Made by a program: the position numbers and the translations under genes. This document shows positions 18,222-29,299 of a stretch of DNA of 64,000 bases, piece by piece. Position 1 is the first letter of the stretch, and each line of letters starts with the position of its first letter. This DNA is from an uncultured Bacteroidaceae bacterium (lineage in GTDB: Bacteria; Bacteroidota; Bacteroidia; Bacteroidales; GCA-2748055), in assembly GCA_964526475.1 (NCBI GenBank), contig CAZGKF010000003.1:5997-69996 (forward strand). The letters run 5' to 3'. Below the pieces are notes generated by a model. That model was not told the DNA's origin. It made no database searches and saw only the letters and a program-made list of their open reading frames with translations.

Positions 18222-19307
18222 ATGTTTATTTTTCTCAAAAATATCAGGAACATTACTTTTTGCATTCTGATCTCTGTTTTGACAGTACTTTCCCTTAAGG
18301 CTGCTGATGAAAATGGACAAATGGCAATAAATGATCAACATGATCCAAAAGAAGAGGAATTTGACGCCAATAAGTTAATAATCAGTCACATAAAAGATGC
18401 CCACGAGTGGCATATTTTTACAAATTCTCATGGACACCATGTAAGTGTTCCTCTGCCTGTAATCCTTTTCAGTAAAACTTCCGGGTTTCATGTTTTTCTA
18501 TCCGGTAAGCTTGCTCATGGCCATATGTACAAAGGCTTTAAATTAATGGAAGAAGGACAATATGCAGGGGCAATCGTTGAAATTGATAATAATGGGGATA
18601 TCCAGGGCATTCCACTTGATTTCTCCATTACCAAAAATGTAGCCGGGATGCTCGTTGCTGTATTTTTTATACTTTTCTTTTTCATAAGGATGGGTAATAT
18701 GTATAAAAGGCGTGATATAACAATACCTCATGGCATTAACTCAGTTTTGGAACCGCTAATAATTTTTGTCAGGGATAATATTGCGCTTCCCAATATAGGG
18801 AATGAAAAATATGAAAGGTTTATGCCCTATCTGCTTACAGTTTTTTTCTTCATCCTCATAAACAATCTGTTTGGTCTTATCCCTTTCTTTCCATTTGGAG
18901 CAAATGTTACCGGAAATATTGCTGTAACACTTGTTCTTTCACTATTTACTTTAATTGCAACAAATTTCAGTGGATCGAAAGATTATTGGAAACATATATT
19001 TGCCACTCCGGGGGTTCCGGTATGGCTTTCCCCGATAATGATACCTGTTGAGTTCATAGGGATGTTCACAAAACCCTTTGCTTTGATGATCCGTCTGTTT
19101 GCAAATATAACTGCTGGTCATATTATTATTTTAAGTCTTATAAGTCTTATTTTTATTTTTAAGTCTTTATATGTAGCTCCTATTTCGATTGTACTTGTTT
19201 TGTTTATGAATTTTTTGGAATTAATGGTTGCTTTTTTACAGTCATACATATTTACTCTTTTAAGTGCGTTATTTATTGGCCTGGCTGTAAAAGAGCACCA
19301 TCATTGA
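18222..19307 (+). CDS. atpB: ATP synthase F0 subunit a (Bacteroidota long N-terminus)
   Basis: HIKDAHEWH, DFSITKNV, KPFALMIRLFANITAGH, LELMVAFLQSYIF. Confidence 0.97.
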   Translation: MFIFLKNIRNITFCILISVLTVLSLKAADENGQMAINDQHDPKEEEFDANKLIISHIKDAHEWHIFTNSHGHHVSVPLPVILFSKTSGFHVFLSGKLAHGHMYKGFKLMEEGQYAGAIVEIDNNGDIQGIPLDFSITKNVAGMLVAVFFILFFFIRMGNMYKRRDITIPHGINSVLEPLIIFVRDNIALPNIGNEKYERFMPYLLTVFFFILINNLFGLIPFFPFGANVTGNIAVTLVLSLFTLIATNFSGSKDYWKHIFATPGVPVWLSPIMIPVEFIGMFTKPFALMIRLFANITAGHIIILSLISLIFIFKSLYVAPISIVLVLFMNFLELMVAFLQSYIFTLLSALFIGLAVKEHHH

Positions 19308-19332
19308 TATGTTAAACTTTAATTTATTTATT

Positions 19333-19539
19333 ATGGAAGTATCATTAGCTCCTATTGGAGCAGCTTTAGCAGTTATTGGAGTAGGTTTTGGAATTGGATG
19401 GATAGGGTCCAAAGCAATGGATGCCATTGCCAGACAACCTGAAGCAGCGTCAATGATCCAGACTTCGATGATCATTTCTGCAGCTCTCATTGAGGGAGCT
19501 ACTCTGTTTGCAATAGTTGTAGTTTTAATTACAGCTTAA
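19333..19539 (+). CDS. atpE: ATP synthase F0 subunit c
   Basis: GxGxGxG motif, IARQPEA, ALIEGA; likely ATG at 19333. Confidence 0.97.
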   Translation: MEVSLAPIGAALAVIGVGFGIGWIGSKAMDAIARQPEAASMIQTSMIISAALIEGATLFAIVVVLITA

Positions 19540-19544
19540 CTATT

Positions 19545-19583
19545 ACATGCCTGTAACGGTTGGTTACGGGCATGTTTTTTTTT
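19545..19583 (+). terminator. Stem-loop plus T-tract between atpE and atpF
   Basis: ACATGCCTGTAAC-GGTTG-GTTACGGGCATGT followed by T8; 13-bp stem with one G-U pair. Confidence 0.75.
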
Positions 19584-19601
19584 AATTAAATACTCTTTAT
19601 T

Positions 19602-20096
19602 ATGGACCTTATTACCCCTGATATAGGTTTGTTGTTCTGGACAACAATTGTATTCTTAATTGTGCTTATTATCTTAAAAAAATTTGCCTGGAAACCTATT
19701 CTTAATGCCATTAACATTCGTGAAAATACGATTAGTTCAGCCTTATCCTCAGCTGAAAAAACAAAAGCAGAGATGGCAAAATTACAGGCAAAAAACGAGA
19801 AAATTCTTGCACGGGCAAAAGCTGAAAGAGACGCAATAATTAAAGAGGCAAGAGAAATTAAAGAATCCATCATCACTGAAGCAAGAGAAATTGCCAACAC
19901 TGAAGCTACCAAGATGTTTGAAGCAACCCGCATCAGTATTGAAAATGAAAAAATATCTGCAATGGATCAAATTAAGGAACAGGTAGCCATCCTCTCTTTG
20001 GAAATAGCAGAAAAGATACTCCTTGAAAACCTCTCCTCTGATAAAAAACAAAAAGAATTACTGAATAAGTTGATTGAGAATATAAAAGTGAATTAA
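19602..20096 (+). CDS. atpF: ATP synthase F0 subunit b
   Basis: P.IGLLFW...LKKFAWKPIL..I..RE..I followed by a coiled coil. Confidence 0.96.
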   Translation: MDLITPDIGLLFWTTIVFLIVLIILKKFAWKPILNAINIRENTISSALSSAEKTKAEMAKLQAKNEKILARAKAERDAIIKEAREIKESIITEAREIANTEATKMFEATRISIENEKISAMDQIKEQVAILSLEIAEKILLENLSSDKKQKELLNKLIENIKVN

Positions 20097-20104
20097 CAAT
20101 AATC

Positions 20105-20647
20105 ATGAACGAAAGCAAAATACCGGTAAGATACGCCAGGACACTGTTCTTGTCGGCACAGGAGCAAGGGCTTGCGGATGTGGTTATGAATGACATGAAA
20201 ATAGTTCATAGTGTTGTGATACAAGATGATTTTATTGCCATTATGAAAAGTCCGTTGATTAAAATTTCCCTTAAAAAAAGTATTTTCACAAACCTTTTTA
20301 AGGAAAAAATTAATTCCCTCACTATGAATTTCCTTGACATGGTTATACAAAATAAAAGAGAGATTTATATTGACAGGATCATCAGGTATTTTCACCGGCT
20401 CTATAATCAGCATAAAGGAATAAAAAGTGCGGAAATAATTCTTCCGGTGAGCATGGATCGTACCATGAGAGAAAAATTCATCAATATTTTGAAGGATTTT
20501 TTCAATTCAGAAATTGAACTTACAGAAAAGATTAAACCTGAAATACTTGGAGGTTTTATTCTTACATTAGACGATGAGCAGTTTGATGCAAGTGTAAAAA
20601 GTTCATTATTCAGGTTAAAAAGAATATTTGCAGAAGAAAAACATTAA
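20105..20647 (+). CDS. atpH: ATP synthase F1 subunit delta
   Basis: [22 protein letters not shown]...D.Q.DASV. Confidence 0.95.
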   Translation: MNESKIPVRYARTLFLSAQEQGLADVVMNDMKIVHSVVIQDDFIAIMKSPLIKISLKKSIFTNLFKEKINSLTMNFLDMVIQNKREIYIDRIIRYFHRLYNQHKGIKSAEIILPVSMDRTMREKFINILKDFFNSEIELTEKIKPEILGGFILTLDDEQFDASVKSSLFRLKRIFAEEKH

Positions 20648-20666
20648 ATGTTACAAACATAATCAA

Positions 20667-22253
20667 ATGAAAGAAATTAAACCCTCAGAAGTATCTGCTG
20701 TATTAAAAAAACAGCTTCAGGCCTTCAAAACCGGAGCAGAACTGGAAGAAGTAGGTACAGTCTTACAGGTAGGCGATGGTATTGCGAGAATATATGGCCT
20801 TTTAAAAGTTCAGTCGAATGAACTTGTTGAATTTGAAAACGGAGTAACGGGCATTGTACTTAACCTTGAAGAAGACAATGTAGGGGTTGTATTACTCGGC
20901 TCTACCGAAATGATAAAGGAAGGAGATACAGTAAAACGAACTAAAAGAATTGCTTCCATAAATGTAGGTGAAGGACTTCCCGGAAGAATTATAAACACCA
21001 TGGGGGAGCCATTGGATGGGAAAGGTCCAATTAAAGGTGAACTTTTTGAAATGCCTCTCGAAAGAAAAGCTCCCGGAGTGATTTTCCGCCAACCGGTAAG
21101 GGAACCACTTCAAACAGGTATTAAAGCAATTGATGCGATGATCCCGATAGGAAGAGGGCAGCGGGAACTTATTATTGGCGATCGTCAGACAGGGAAAACC
21201 TCTATCGCTATAGATACTATAATAAATCAGAAAGAATTTTATAAAAAGGGCGAAACCGTATATTGTATTTATGTTGCAATTGGGCAGAAGGGTTCCACAG
21301 TTATGAATATTGCCAAAACCCTTGAAGAAGCAGGAGCAATGCCCTATACCGTCATTGTCTGTGCCACAGCATCAGATCCTGCCGCACAGCAATTTTTTGC
21401 TCCTTTTGCCGGAGCTTCCATCGGAGAATATTTCAGGGATACAGGCAGACCTGCCCTGATCATTTTCGATGACCTTTCCAAACAGGCAGTTTCTTACCGG
21501 GAAGTCTCCCTTCTCCTCCGAAGACCACCAGGACGTGAAGCTTATCCCGGCGATGTTTTCTACCTGCACTCCCGACTTCTTGAAAGGGCAGCAAAGATTA
21601 TCGAATCTGACGCAATAGCGCAACAAATGAACGATCTGCCTCAAAGTATTAAACATTTGGTTAAAGGAGGTGGGTCTCTGACTGCTTTACCTATCATTGA
21701 GACTCAGGCAGGAGACGTTTCAGCATATATCCCTACAAATGTCATTTCAATTACTGATGGACAGATCTTTCTGGAATCCAACTTATTCAATGCAGGGGTA
21801 AGACCTGCCATTAATGTGGGGATTTCAGTATCAAGGGTAGGAGGTAATGCCCAAATTAAATCATATAGAAAGATTGCCGGTACTCTTAAACTTGACCAGG
21901 CACAATACAGGGAACTGGAAGCATTTTCGAAATTCGGTTCTGATTTAGATGCATCCACTCTTGCAATACTCGACAAAGGCTCAAAAAATGTTGAGCTTCT
22001 CAAACAGTCCCTAAATTCTCCAATGCCGGTTGAAAAACAGATTGCGATTATCTTTTGTGGTGTACGTGGATACCTGTCAGATGTTCCCTTAGTTAAAATA
22101 AGAGAATTTGAAACTGCATATCTGGATTTTCTTGAAATAAATCACAAAGACTTGCTTTCCAGTCTTAAAGCAGGAGAACTTAACAACGAAATGATGGAAA
22201 CTCTGGAAGAAGTTGCAATTGAAATTTCTGATAAATATAAACGCACAAATTAA
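20667..22253 (+). CDS. atpA: ATP synthase F1 subunit alpha
   Basis: [41 protein letters not shown]; likely start MKEIKP at 20667. Confidence 0.98.
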   Translation: MKEIKPSEVSAVLKKQLQAFKTGAELEEVGTVLQVGDGIARIYGLLKVQSNELVEFENGVTGIVLNLEEDNVGVVLLGSTEMIKEGDTVKRTKRIASINVGEGLPGRIINTMGEPLDGKGPIKGELFEMPLERKAPGVIFRQPVREPLQTGIKAIDAMIPIGRGQRELIIGDRQTGKTSIAIDTIINQKEFYKKGETVYCIYVAIGQKGSTVMNIAKTLEEAGAMPYTVIVCATASDPAAQQFFAPFAGASIGEYFRDTGRPALIIFDDLSKQAVSYREVSLLLRRPPGREAYPGDVFYLHSRLLERAAKIIESDAIAQQMNDLPQSIKHLVKGGGSLTALPIIETQAGDVSAYIPTNVISITDGQIFLESNLFNAGVRPAINVGISVSRVGGNAQIKSYRKIAGTLKLDQAQYRELEAFSKFGSDLDASTLAILDKGSKNVELLKQSLNSPMPVEKQIAIIFCGVRGYLSDVPLVKIREFETAYLDFLEINHKDLLSSLKAGELNNEMMETLEEVAIEISDKYKRTN

Positions 22254-22295
22254 TATAACGATCCGGGAAATTCAAATTCATAGTTTGTTTTCATA

Positions 22296-23201
22296 ATGCC
22301 AAACCTGAAAGAAATAAAGAACAGATTATCTTCTGTTACCTCTACACAACAGATAACAGGTGCCATGAAAATGGTTTCCGCAGCTAAACTTAAAAAGGCG
22401 CAGGATGCCATTATTCAACTGAGGCCCTATGCAAGAAAGCTCAATGAAATTCTTATTGATATCAATGATTTCTTAAATAGTAAGATCAATAATGAATTTA
22501 CCCGTAAAAGACCCATAAAAAAAGTCCTTCTCATTGTTATCACTTCTAACAGGGGTCTGTGCGGCGGGTTTAATGCAAATGTGATCCGAAAAGTATTTGC
22601 GGAATCTGCTGAGAATTATAACAGTCAGCTTCGGCAAGGAAATGTGCATTTATATATTATCGGAAAAAAAGGGGGAGATTTACTAAAAAGAAGAAACTTC
22701 CATATTATAAAAACCAGAAACGACATATTTAATACCCTCAACTTTGAAAATGCTTCATTAATTGCCAGCGACATCATGCAATTGTTTATTGAAGGAAAGT
22801 ATGACAGGATAGACCTTATTTACAACGAATTTAAAAACGCTGCTGTCCAGATTCTAACAACCGAGCAGTTTCTTCCGATGAAAATCGTCGTCCCCGATAA
22901 AAAGGAGAAAGAAATGCTCATGAAATATGAAACTTATGCTGATTTCATATTCGAATCTTCAAAAGAATATATTGTTGACAAACTTATTCCCCGTTTATTA
23001 AAAATCCAGTTTTATAAAGCTCTTCTTGACAGCCACGCCTCCGAGTATGGAGCAAGGATGACATCCATGCACAAAGCAACTGACAATGCCGGTGAATTGA
23101 TTAAAGAACTTACTCTTGAATATAATAAAGCCAGACAGGCTGCCATTACCAAGGAAATTCTTGAAATTACGAGTGGAGCAGAAGCATTAAGGAGTAGTTA
23201 A
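22296..23201 (+). CDS. atpG: ATP synthase F1 subunit gamma
   Basis: QITGAMKMVSAAKL, RGLCGGFN, ASEYGARMTSM..ATDNA, YNKARQAAITKEILEI. Confidence 0.98.
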   Translation: MPNLKEIKNRLSSVTSTQQITGAMKMVSAAKLKKAQDAIIQLRPYARKLNEILIDINDFLNSKINNEFTRKRPIKKVLLIVITSNRGLCGGFNANVIRKVFAESAENYNSQLRQGNVHLYIIGKKGGDLLKRRNFHIIKTRNDIFNTLNFENASLIASDIMQLFIEGKYDRIDLIYNEFKNAAVQILTTEQFLPMKIVVPDKKEKEMLMKYETYADFIFESSKEYIVDKLIPRLLKIQFYKALLDSHASEYGARMTSMHKATDNAGELIKELTLEYNKARQAAITKEILEITSGAEALRSS

Positions 23202-23237
23202 TGTAATCCTTTATTAAATACCAAAGAAACTTCCAGC

Positions 23238-26200
23238 TTAATATTCATCCCAGCTCTTAATCAGAATATCATCCATGTCTAATTTACAGAATGCAATTAT
23301 AAATGCACTTGCAAGACGGGCATTGGTAATAAGAGGAACATTGTAATCAATAGCGCTTCGCCTTATAGTATAATCATTAAACAATTCATTCTTTGAGAGA
23401 TCTTTTGGAATATTAACCACAAGATCAATCATTCCTCCACGAATATAATCAAGTGTATTAGGCTTTTTATTCTCATCCGGCCAATGAAGAGGAGTAGAAT
23501 CAATGCCATTAAGCTTAAGGAAATTATATGTTCCATAAGTTGCAAAAATATTATATCCCTTACCGGAAAGCATTCGGCAACTGTTGATAAGCTCAACCTT
23601 CGAACGCATTTCTCCTGTGGAAAGAAGTATATTTTTTTTAGGAATTGTATAGCCAACTGATAGCATGGCTTTTAGGATTGCCTCGTAAAAATTGTCTCCT
23701 ATGCAACCTACCTCACCCGTTGAAGCCATATCGACACCCAATACCGGATCAGCTTTTTTTAGTCTTGAAAACGAAAACTGTGGAGCTTTAATGCCAATAT
23801 ATTCCAGATCAAAAATTGATTTATGCGGTTTCTCAACTGATGAAATATTGAGTATTACTTTTGTTGCCTGCTCTATCAAATTAACTTTTAATACCTTTGA
23901 CACAAACGGCATACTTCGTGAAGCCCTCAGGTTACATTCGATAACTTTTATCTCATTATCCTTAGCAAGAAACTGTATATTAAAAGGTCCTGTTATATTT
24001 AAGGCCTGTGCGATTTGCCGGGAAATCTTTTTTATTCTTCTTACCGTTTCAAAATAAATTTTCTGGGGAGGAAAAACAATTGTTGCATCTCCTGAATGCA
24101 CTCCGGCAAATTCAACATGTTCGCTTATCGCATATGAAAACAGTTCTCCTTGTTTCGCAACAGCATCAATCTCTATCTCTTTTGCCTGTTCGATAAATTC
24201 AGAAACGACCACCGGAAATTGTTTAGACACATTGGCAGCCAGTTTAAGAAAATGCTCCATTTCCTCTCTATTGGAAACTACGTTCATTGCTGCACCTGAA
24301 AGAACATATGAAGGGCGTATAAGCACAGGAAATCCTACCTTATCAATAAATTCATTAATTTCGTGCATGCTGGTCATCTCCTTCCACCTGGGCTGGTCAA
24401 TCTCAAGTTTATCAAGCAGCATGGAGAACTTATGACGGTTTTCGGCAGTATCAATCGATAAGGGAGATGTTCCAAGGATGGTAACATTCTGCTTAAAAAG
24501 TCTCATTGCAAGATTGTTGGGAATCTGCCCTCCCATCGATAATATTACACCTTTAGGGCATTCAAGCTCAATGATATCCAGTACACGTTCAAAAGAAAGC
24601 TCATCAAAATAAAGCCTGTCGCATATATCATAATCAGTACTAACTGTTTCAGGATTATAATTGATCATAACTGACCTGTATCCTGCTTTATTTACACTGT
24701 TTAATGAATTAACGCTGCACCAGTCAAACTCTACACTGCTACCTATCCTGTATGCCCCTGAACCAAGAACGATAACCGATTTGCTATCTTTCTCGAATTT
24801 AATATCATGCTCATCTCCACTGTAAGTAAGATAAAGATAATTTGTCTGTGCCGGATATTCAGCAGCAAGGGTGTCAATTTGCTTTACATAAGGAACAATA
24901 CCTGTCCTAATCCTGCATCCCCTTATCTTTAAAAGATTTTCTTCAAGTTTATCATCTTTATAAATAATTCTTGCCAGTTGAAAATCTGAAAAACCGGCTA
25001 TTTTGGCATCAAGAATATAGTTCTCAGGCAAATCCTCAATTTTTTTATATTTTTCCAGTAAACCCTTGAGATCATATATTTTTTTCAATTTTAGTAAAAA
25101 CCACCTGTCAATCTTTGTAATCTCGTAAATCCTATCTACCGTGAGCTTATTAGCAAAAGCCTTTTCAATAACCAATATCCTCATATCAGTAGGTTCCGCA
25201 AGCTCTTTCTCAATATCCTCCACTGAATTATCATGGTTTCCTACAAATCCATGCAAACCCTGACCAATCATTCGTATTCCCTTCTGTATGGCTTCTTCAA
25301 AGGTACGCCCAATCGCCATAACTTCTCCAACCGATTTCATGCTTGAATCAATAACTTTCGAAACACCGATAAATTTATTCAGATCCCATCGGGGAATTTT
25401 TACCACAATATAGTCCAGTGCAGGTTCAAAAAAAGCAGTAGTTGTTTTTGTTATGGAATTTTTTAACTGATGCAGGCCATAACCCAATGCCAGTTTAGCC
25501 GCAACAAAAGCCAGGGGATATCCTGTAGCTTTCGAGGCAAGAGCACTGGAGCGGGACAAACGTGCGTTAACTTCAATTACACGATAATCTTCCGACTCAG
25601 GATCCAGGGCATACTGAACATTGCACTCTCCCACAATGCCAATATGACGAATAAGTTCAATGGCTAATTTTCTGAGTTTATGATATTCGCTGTTATTAAG
25701 TGTCTGTGAAGGTGCCACCACAATACTCTCACCTGTGTGAATACCAAGGGGGTCAAAATTTTCCATATTACAAACTGTAATGCAGTTATCAAATTTGTCA
25801 CGCACCACTTCATATTCAATTTCCTTCCAGCCCTTCAGAGACTCCTCAACAAGGATCTGCGATGAATAAGAGAAAGCTTTCCTGGCAAGTTGTTCAAGCT
25901 CATCCTTATTGGAACAAAACCCGCTACCTTGCCCACCCAGAGTATAAGCAGCCCTTATTATAATTGGAAAACCAAGCTTGTCTGCAGCAATGATTGCATC
26001 CTTAACAGAAGTCACTGCAAAACTCTTTGGTGTTTTTATGTTTATCTCTCCCAGTTTGCTGATAAAATTTTCCCTGTCCTCTGTATCAATTATAGCCTGA
26101 ACAGGTGTTCCCAAAACTCTTATATTATTATTTTCAAAAATATTCTTTCTGTATAATGCTATCCCGCAATTAAGAGCCGTCTGACCACCAAACGATAAAA

Positions 26201-26453
26201 GTATTCCATCAGGCTTTTCCTTCTTAATGACTTTTTCAACAAAAAATGGGGTTACAGGCAGAAAATATATCTTATTGGCTATTCCTTCACTTGTTTGAAC
26301 AGTAGCAATATTCGGATTAATAAGAACAGTGAATATTCCTTCTTCCTTTAAAGCTTTCAGAGCCTGGGACCCGGAATAATCAAATTCCCCTGCTTCCCCA
26401 ATTTTTAATGCTCCTGATCCTAGAATTAATACCTTCTTTATCGTTTTATCCAT
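23238..26453 (-). CDS. carB: Carbamoyl-phosphate synthase large subunit
   Basis: LGSGALKIGEAGEFDYSG, GIHTGES, EVNARLSRSSALASKATG, duplicated ATP-grasp halves, C-terminal MGS domain. Confidence 0.97.
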   Translation of the reverse strand: MDKTIKKVLILGSGALKIGEAGEFDYSGSQALKALKEEGIFTVLINPNIATVQTSEGIANKIYFLPVTPFFVEKVIKKEKPDGILLSFGGQTALNCGIALYRKNIFENNNIRVLGTPVQAIIDTEDRENFISKLGEINIKTPKSFAVTSVKDAIIAADKLGFPIIIRAAYTLGGQGSGFCSNKDELEQLARKAFSYSSQILVEESLKGWKEIEYEVVRDKFDNCITVCNMENFDPLGIHTGESIVVAPSQTLNNSEYHKLRKLAIELIRHIGIVGECNVQYALDPESEDYRVIEVNARLSRSSALASKATGYPLAFVAAKLALGYGLHQLKNSITKTTTAFFEPALDYIVVKIPRWDLNKFIGVSKVIDSSMKSVGEVMAIGRTFEEAIQKGIRMIGQGLHGFVGNHDNSVEDIEKELAEPTDMRILVIEKAFANKLTVDRIYEITKIDRWFLLKLKKIYDLKGLLEKYKKIEDLPENYILDAKIAGFSDFQLARIIYKDDKLEENLLKIRGCRIRTGIVPYVKQIDTLAAEYPAQTNYLYLTYSGDEHDIKFEKDSKSVIVLGSGAYRIGSSVEFDWCSVNSLNSVNKAGYRSVMINYNPETVSTDYDICDRLYFDELSFERVLDIIELECPKGVILSMGGQIPNNLAMRLFKQNVTILGTSPLSIDTAENRHKFSMLLDKLEIDQPRWKEMTSMHEINEFIDKVGFPVLIRPSYVLSGAAMNVVSNREEMEHFLKLAANVSKQFPVVVSEFIEQAKEIEIDAVAKQGELFSYAISEHVEFAGVHSGDATIVFPPQKIYFETVRRIKKISRQIAQALNITGPFNIQFLAKDNEIKVIECNLRASRSMPFVSKVLKVNLIEQATKVILNISSVEKPHKSIFDLEYIGIKAPQFSFSRLKKADPVLGVDMASTGEVGCIGDNFYEAILKAMLSVGYTIPKKNILLSTGEMRSKVELINSCRMLSGKGYNIFATYGTYNFLKLNGIDSTPLHWPDENKKPNTLDYIRGGMIDLVVNIPKDLSKNELFNDYTIRRSAIDYNVPLITNARLASAFIIAFCKLDMDDILIKSWDEY

Positions 26454-26487
26454 TTAAAAAATTTGTTAAAGACCAGTTTTTCACGCG

Positions 26488-26570
26488 CAAAATTATAATT
26501 TTTTTGGTAATTTCTTGTTTTATATCAGATAAAATGTATAAATTTGCAAATATTATGTATAAATATACAT
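26488..26570. promoter_or_regulatory. Divergent carB/argR promoter region with tandem putative ARG boxes
   Basis: ATGTATAAATTTGCAA (26534-26549) and near-palindromic ATGTATAAATATACAT (26555-26570), 21 bp apart; TAAATTTG -7 box inside box 1; minus-strand TAATTTTG at 26488-26495 for carB. Confidence 0.7.
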
Positions 26571-27030
26571 GAAGGCAAAAAGTCAGCGTTTAAAAGCGAT
26601 CCGTAAATTGATTAGCAGTGATAAAATTTCAAGCCAGGAGGAACTGTTGAAATTATTATCCTATGAAGGATTTCGGATGACACAGGCAACTTTGTCCAGA
26701 GATTTGAAATTTTTGCGGGTTGCAAAAATGCCTGACATTGAAAAAAGTTATATTTACGTTCTTCCGGATAATGAGTCTTTACAGGGAGAAGTTGAAAAAA
26801 CTGCTGTACCCCTAACCGGGTTTATCTCAATTGACTTTGCTCAGGGTATGGGGCTTATAAAAACCTGGTCTGGTTTTGCTCCCAGTGTTGCATCAACTAT
26901 CGACTCATGGAATTTATGGGAAATTGCAGGCTCAATTGCAGGTGATGATACCATACTGCTTATTCCGCGTGACGGAATTACAAAAGATGATCTGATTCAA
27001 AGATTAAGGGAATTCATTCCCGGATTATAA
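26569..27030 (+). CDS. argR: Arginine repressor
   Basis: SQEELL..L..EGF..TQATLSRDLK and GSIAGDDT motifs. Confidence 0.96.
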   Translation: MKAKSQRLKAIRKLISSDKISSQEELLKLLSYEGFRMTQATLSRDLKFLRVAKMPDIEKSYIYVLPDNESLQGEVEKTAVPLTGFISIDFAQGMGLIKTWSGFAPSVASTIDSWNLWEIAGSIAGDDTILLIPRDGITKDDLIQRLREFIPGL

Positions 27031-27092
27031 AAAAGTGAAACTAGAAAAATATATCATTTAATCTATTCAAAGCACACATATAAGCATTTACC

Positions 27093-27902
27093 ATGAAAAT
27101 CGAAAACACCAAAATATCCATTATCGGAGCCGGAAACATTGGAACTGCCATAGCAAATGGATTTCTCCGTTCCGGTAAAATTTCCAAAGATAATCTTTGG
27201 CTGACCAGAAGGAATACCAATCTGCTTGAAAATTACAAACTTTCAGGTATAAACGTCAGCTCTGATAATAATGAAGCTGTTAAAAATTCGGATATTGTAA
27301 TCGTTGCTGTTTTGCCCAAACAATTGGAAAATGTTTTACTGGCTATCTCTCCTGTTCTTGATCCTTCAAGGCATATCCTTGTGTCAGTGGTAACTGCATT
27401 GTCACTCGGGGAAATAAAACTTATCACAGGACCTGATATCCCCGTTGTGCGCGCCATGCCAAATACCGCAATATCAGTTGGAGAATCCATGACATGTCTG
27501 ACAGCCGGAGAGAACGATACAACAAGCCTGGAAATCATTAACACTATCTTTTCCCTTGCAGGAAATACACTATTAATTCCTGAGGGACATATGGCTGCTG
27601 CCACAATACTTGGTGCCTGTGGCATCGCTTTCTTTATGAGATATATACGCGCTGCATCCCAGGGTGGCATACAGGTGGGATTTCATTCACATGATGCCTT
27701 GAAAATTGCTGCACAGACAGCACGCGGGGCAACAAGTTTGCTGATCGAATCGGGAAATCATCCGGAAAGAGAAATCGATAAGGTAACTACGCCTATGGGC
27801 TGCACTATAGCCGGATTAAATGAGATGGAACATAACGGTTTAAGTTCTGCTTTAATTAAAGGCATTGTAACCTCTTATAATGAAATGAATAAACTTAAAT
27901 AA
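27093..27902 (+). CDS. proC: Pyrroline-5-carboxylate reductase
   Basis: IIGAGNIG, VVRAMPNT, HPEREIDKVTTP.GCTIAGLNEME. Confidence 0.96.
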   Translation: MKIENTKISIIGAGNIGTAIANGFLRSGKISKDNLWLTRRNTNLLENYKLSGINVSSDNNEAVKNSDIVIVAVLPKQLENVLLAISPVLDPSRHILVSVVTALSLGEIKLITGPDIPVVRAMPNTAISVGESMTCLTAGENDTTSLEIINTIFSLAGNTLLIPEGHMAAATILGACGIAFFMRYIRAASQGGIQVGFHSHDALKIAAQTARGATSLLIESGNHPEREIDKVTTPMGCTIAGLNEMEHNGLSSALIKGIVTSYNEMNKLK

Positions 27903-27937
27903 ATATTCTCATTCACATTAATAATTATTGCTCAAAA

Positions 27938-29299
27938 ATGAAGTTGTGGGAAAAAGGCATAGAAGTTAAGGATAGTATTATCCGTTTTACATCCGGAGAC
28001 GACCGTTTTACAGATCTCCCACTTGCCCCTTTTGATATAATCGGAACCATGGCCCATGTCATAATGCTGGAATCTATAAATACTATTTCACGGGAAGAAA
28101 GAATATCCTTACTTAATACTTTAACTGAAATATATTATACTACTAAAGAACAGATTTTTATTATTGAGGAAGGAGTTGAAGATGTGCATTCCCAGCTGGA
28201 AAAAATGTTGACAGAGAAATTAGGTGATGCCGGAAAAAAAGTACATACTGCAAGGTCACGAAATGATCAGGTAATTACCTGTATCAAGTTATACTTACGG
28301 GAAGAACTTGTGTCCATATTCAATAAAGTAGAAACTCTGGCGAACATTCTGTTTGAAAAAAGTGAGGCCAACAAAGACCTTCTCTTCCCCGGATATACTC
28401 ATACTCAGGCAGCCATGCCATCCTCAGCCGGTCTTTGGTTCGCTGCTTATGCCGAGAGCCTTATTGAGGACTTATATATACTCGAAGGAGCTTTCAGATA
28501 CACAAATCAATCACCATTGGGTTCTGCTGCAGGCTATGGATCAGGATTCCCGATTAACCGCGAAATCACATCAGAACTTCTTGAGTTTGAAAATCTTCAT
28601 ATTAACTCTATTAATGCCCAGATGAGCAGGGGAAAAACAGAACGGTATGTAGTTATGGCTGTAGGTGGTATCGCTCATACACTGTCAAAGCTTGCTGATG
28701 ATATGTGCTGGTTCTTATGTGAGAATTTTGATTTTATAAGCATGAGCGAAGATCTTACCACCGGATCAAGTATTATGCCTCATAAAAAAAATCCTGATGT
28801 TTTAGAATTAATCAGGGCAAAATGTAATGCCATTCAAGGAATGCAGACTGAAATAATGTTTATAACAAGCAATCTCACATCAGGGTATCATCGTGATTTT
28901 CAGTTACTTAAACAAATCTCTTTTAATGCGATTAATGAACTTAAAAATTGCCTGGATATCATGTGCCTTGTTCTTACAGGAGTTAAGGTGAAAGACAATA
29001 TTATGCAACGGGGTATTTACCGATATTTGTGGAGTGTTGATTCAGTTAATGAGAAAGTACAGAAGGGAGTCCCCTTTCGTGAAGCATATATACAGGTAGC
29101 ACAAGAAATTCAGGAAGACCATTTCAGACCCGGGGATTTTTCAAAACACATTCATACAGGAAGCATCGGAAATTTATCAAACGAGAAAATTAAAGAAAAA
29201 CTGAAAACAATAATAATAAAAACAGAAGTTAGAAAATATACTGATTTCAGAGAAAGATTTATAAGTAAAATCATAAAAGAAAATGCAACACAGAAGTAA
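27938..29299 (+). CDS. argH: Argininosuccinate lyase
   Basis: EDVH, HTARSRNDQV, PGYTH.Q.A.P, TGSSIMPHKKNPDVLEL. Confidence 0.96.
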   Translation: MKLWEKGIEVKDSIIRFTSGDDRFTDLPLAPFDIIGTMAHVIMLESINTISREERISLLNTLTEIYYTTKEQIFIIEEGVEDVHSQLEKMLTEKLGDAGKKVHTARSRNDQVITCIKLYLREELVSIFNKVETLANILFEKSEANKDLLFPGYTHTQAAMPSSAGLWFAAYAESLIEDLYILEGAFRYTNQSPLGSAAGYGSGFPINREITSELLEFENLHINSINAQMSRGKTERYVVMAVGGIAHTLSKLADDMCWFLCENFDFISMSEDLTTGSSIMPHKKNPDVLELIRAKCNAIQGMQTEIMFITSNLTSGYHRDFQLLKQISFNAINELKNCLDIMCLVLTGVKVKDNIMQRGIYRYLWSVDSVNEKVQKGVPFREAYIQVAQEIQEDHFRPGDFSKHIHTGSIGNLSNEKIKEKLKTIIIKTEVRKYTDFRERFISKIIKENATQK

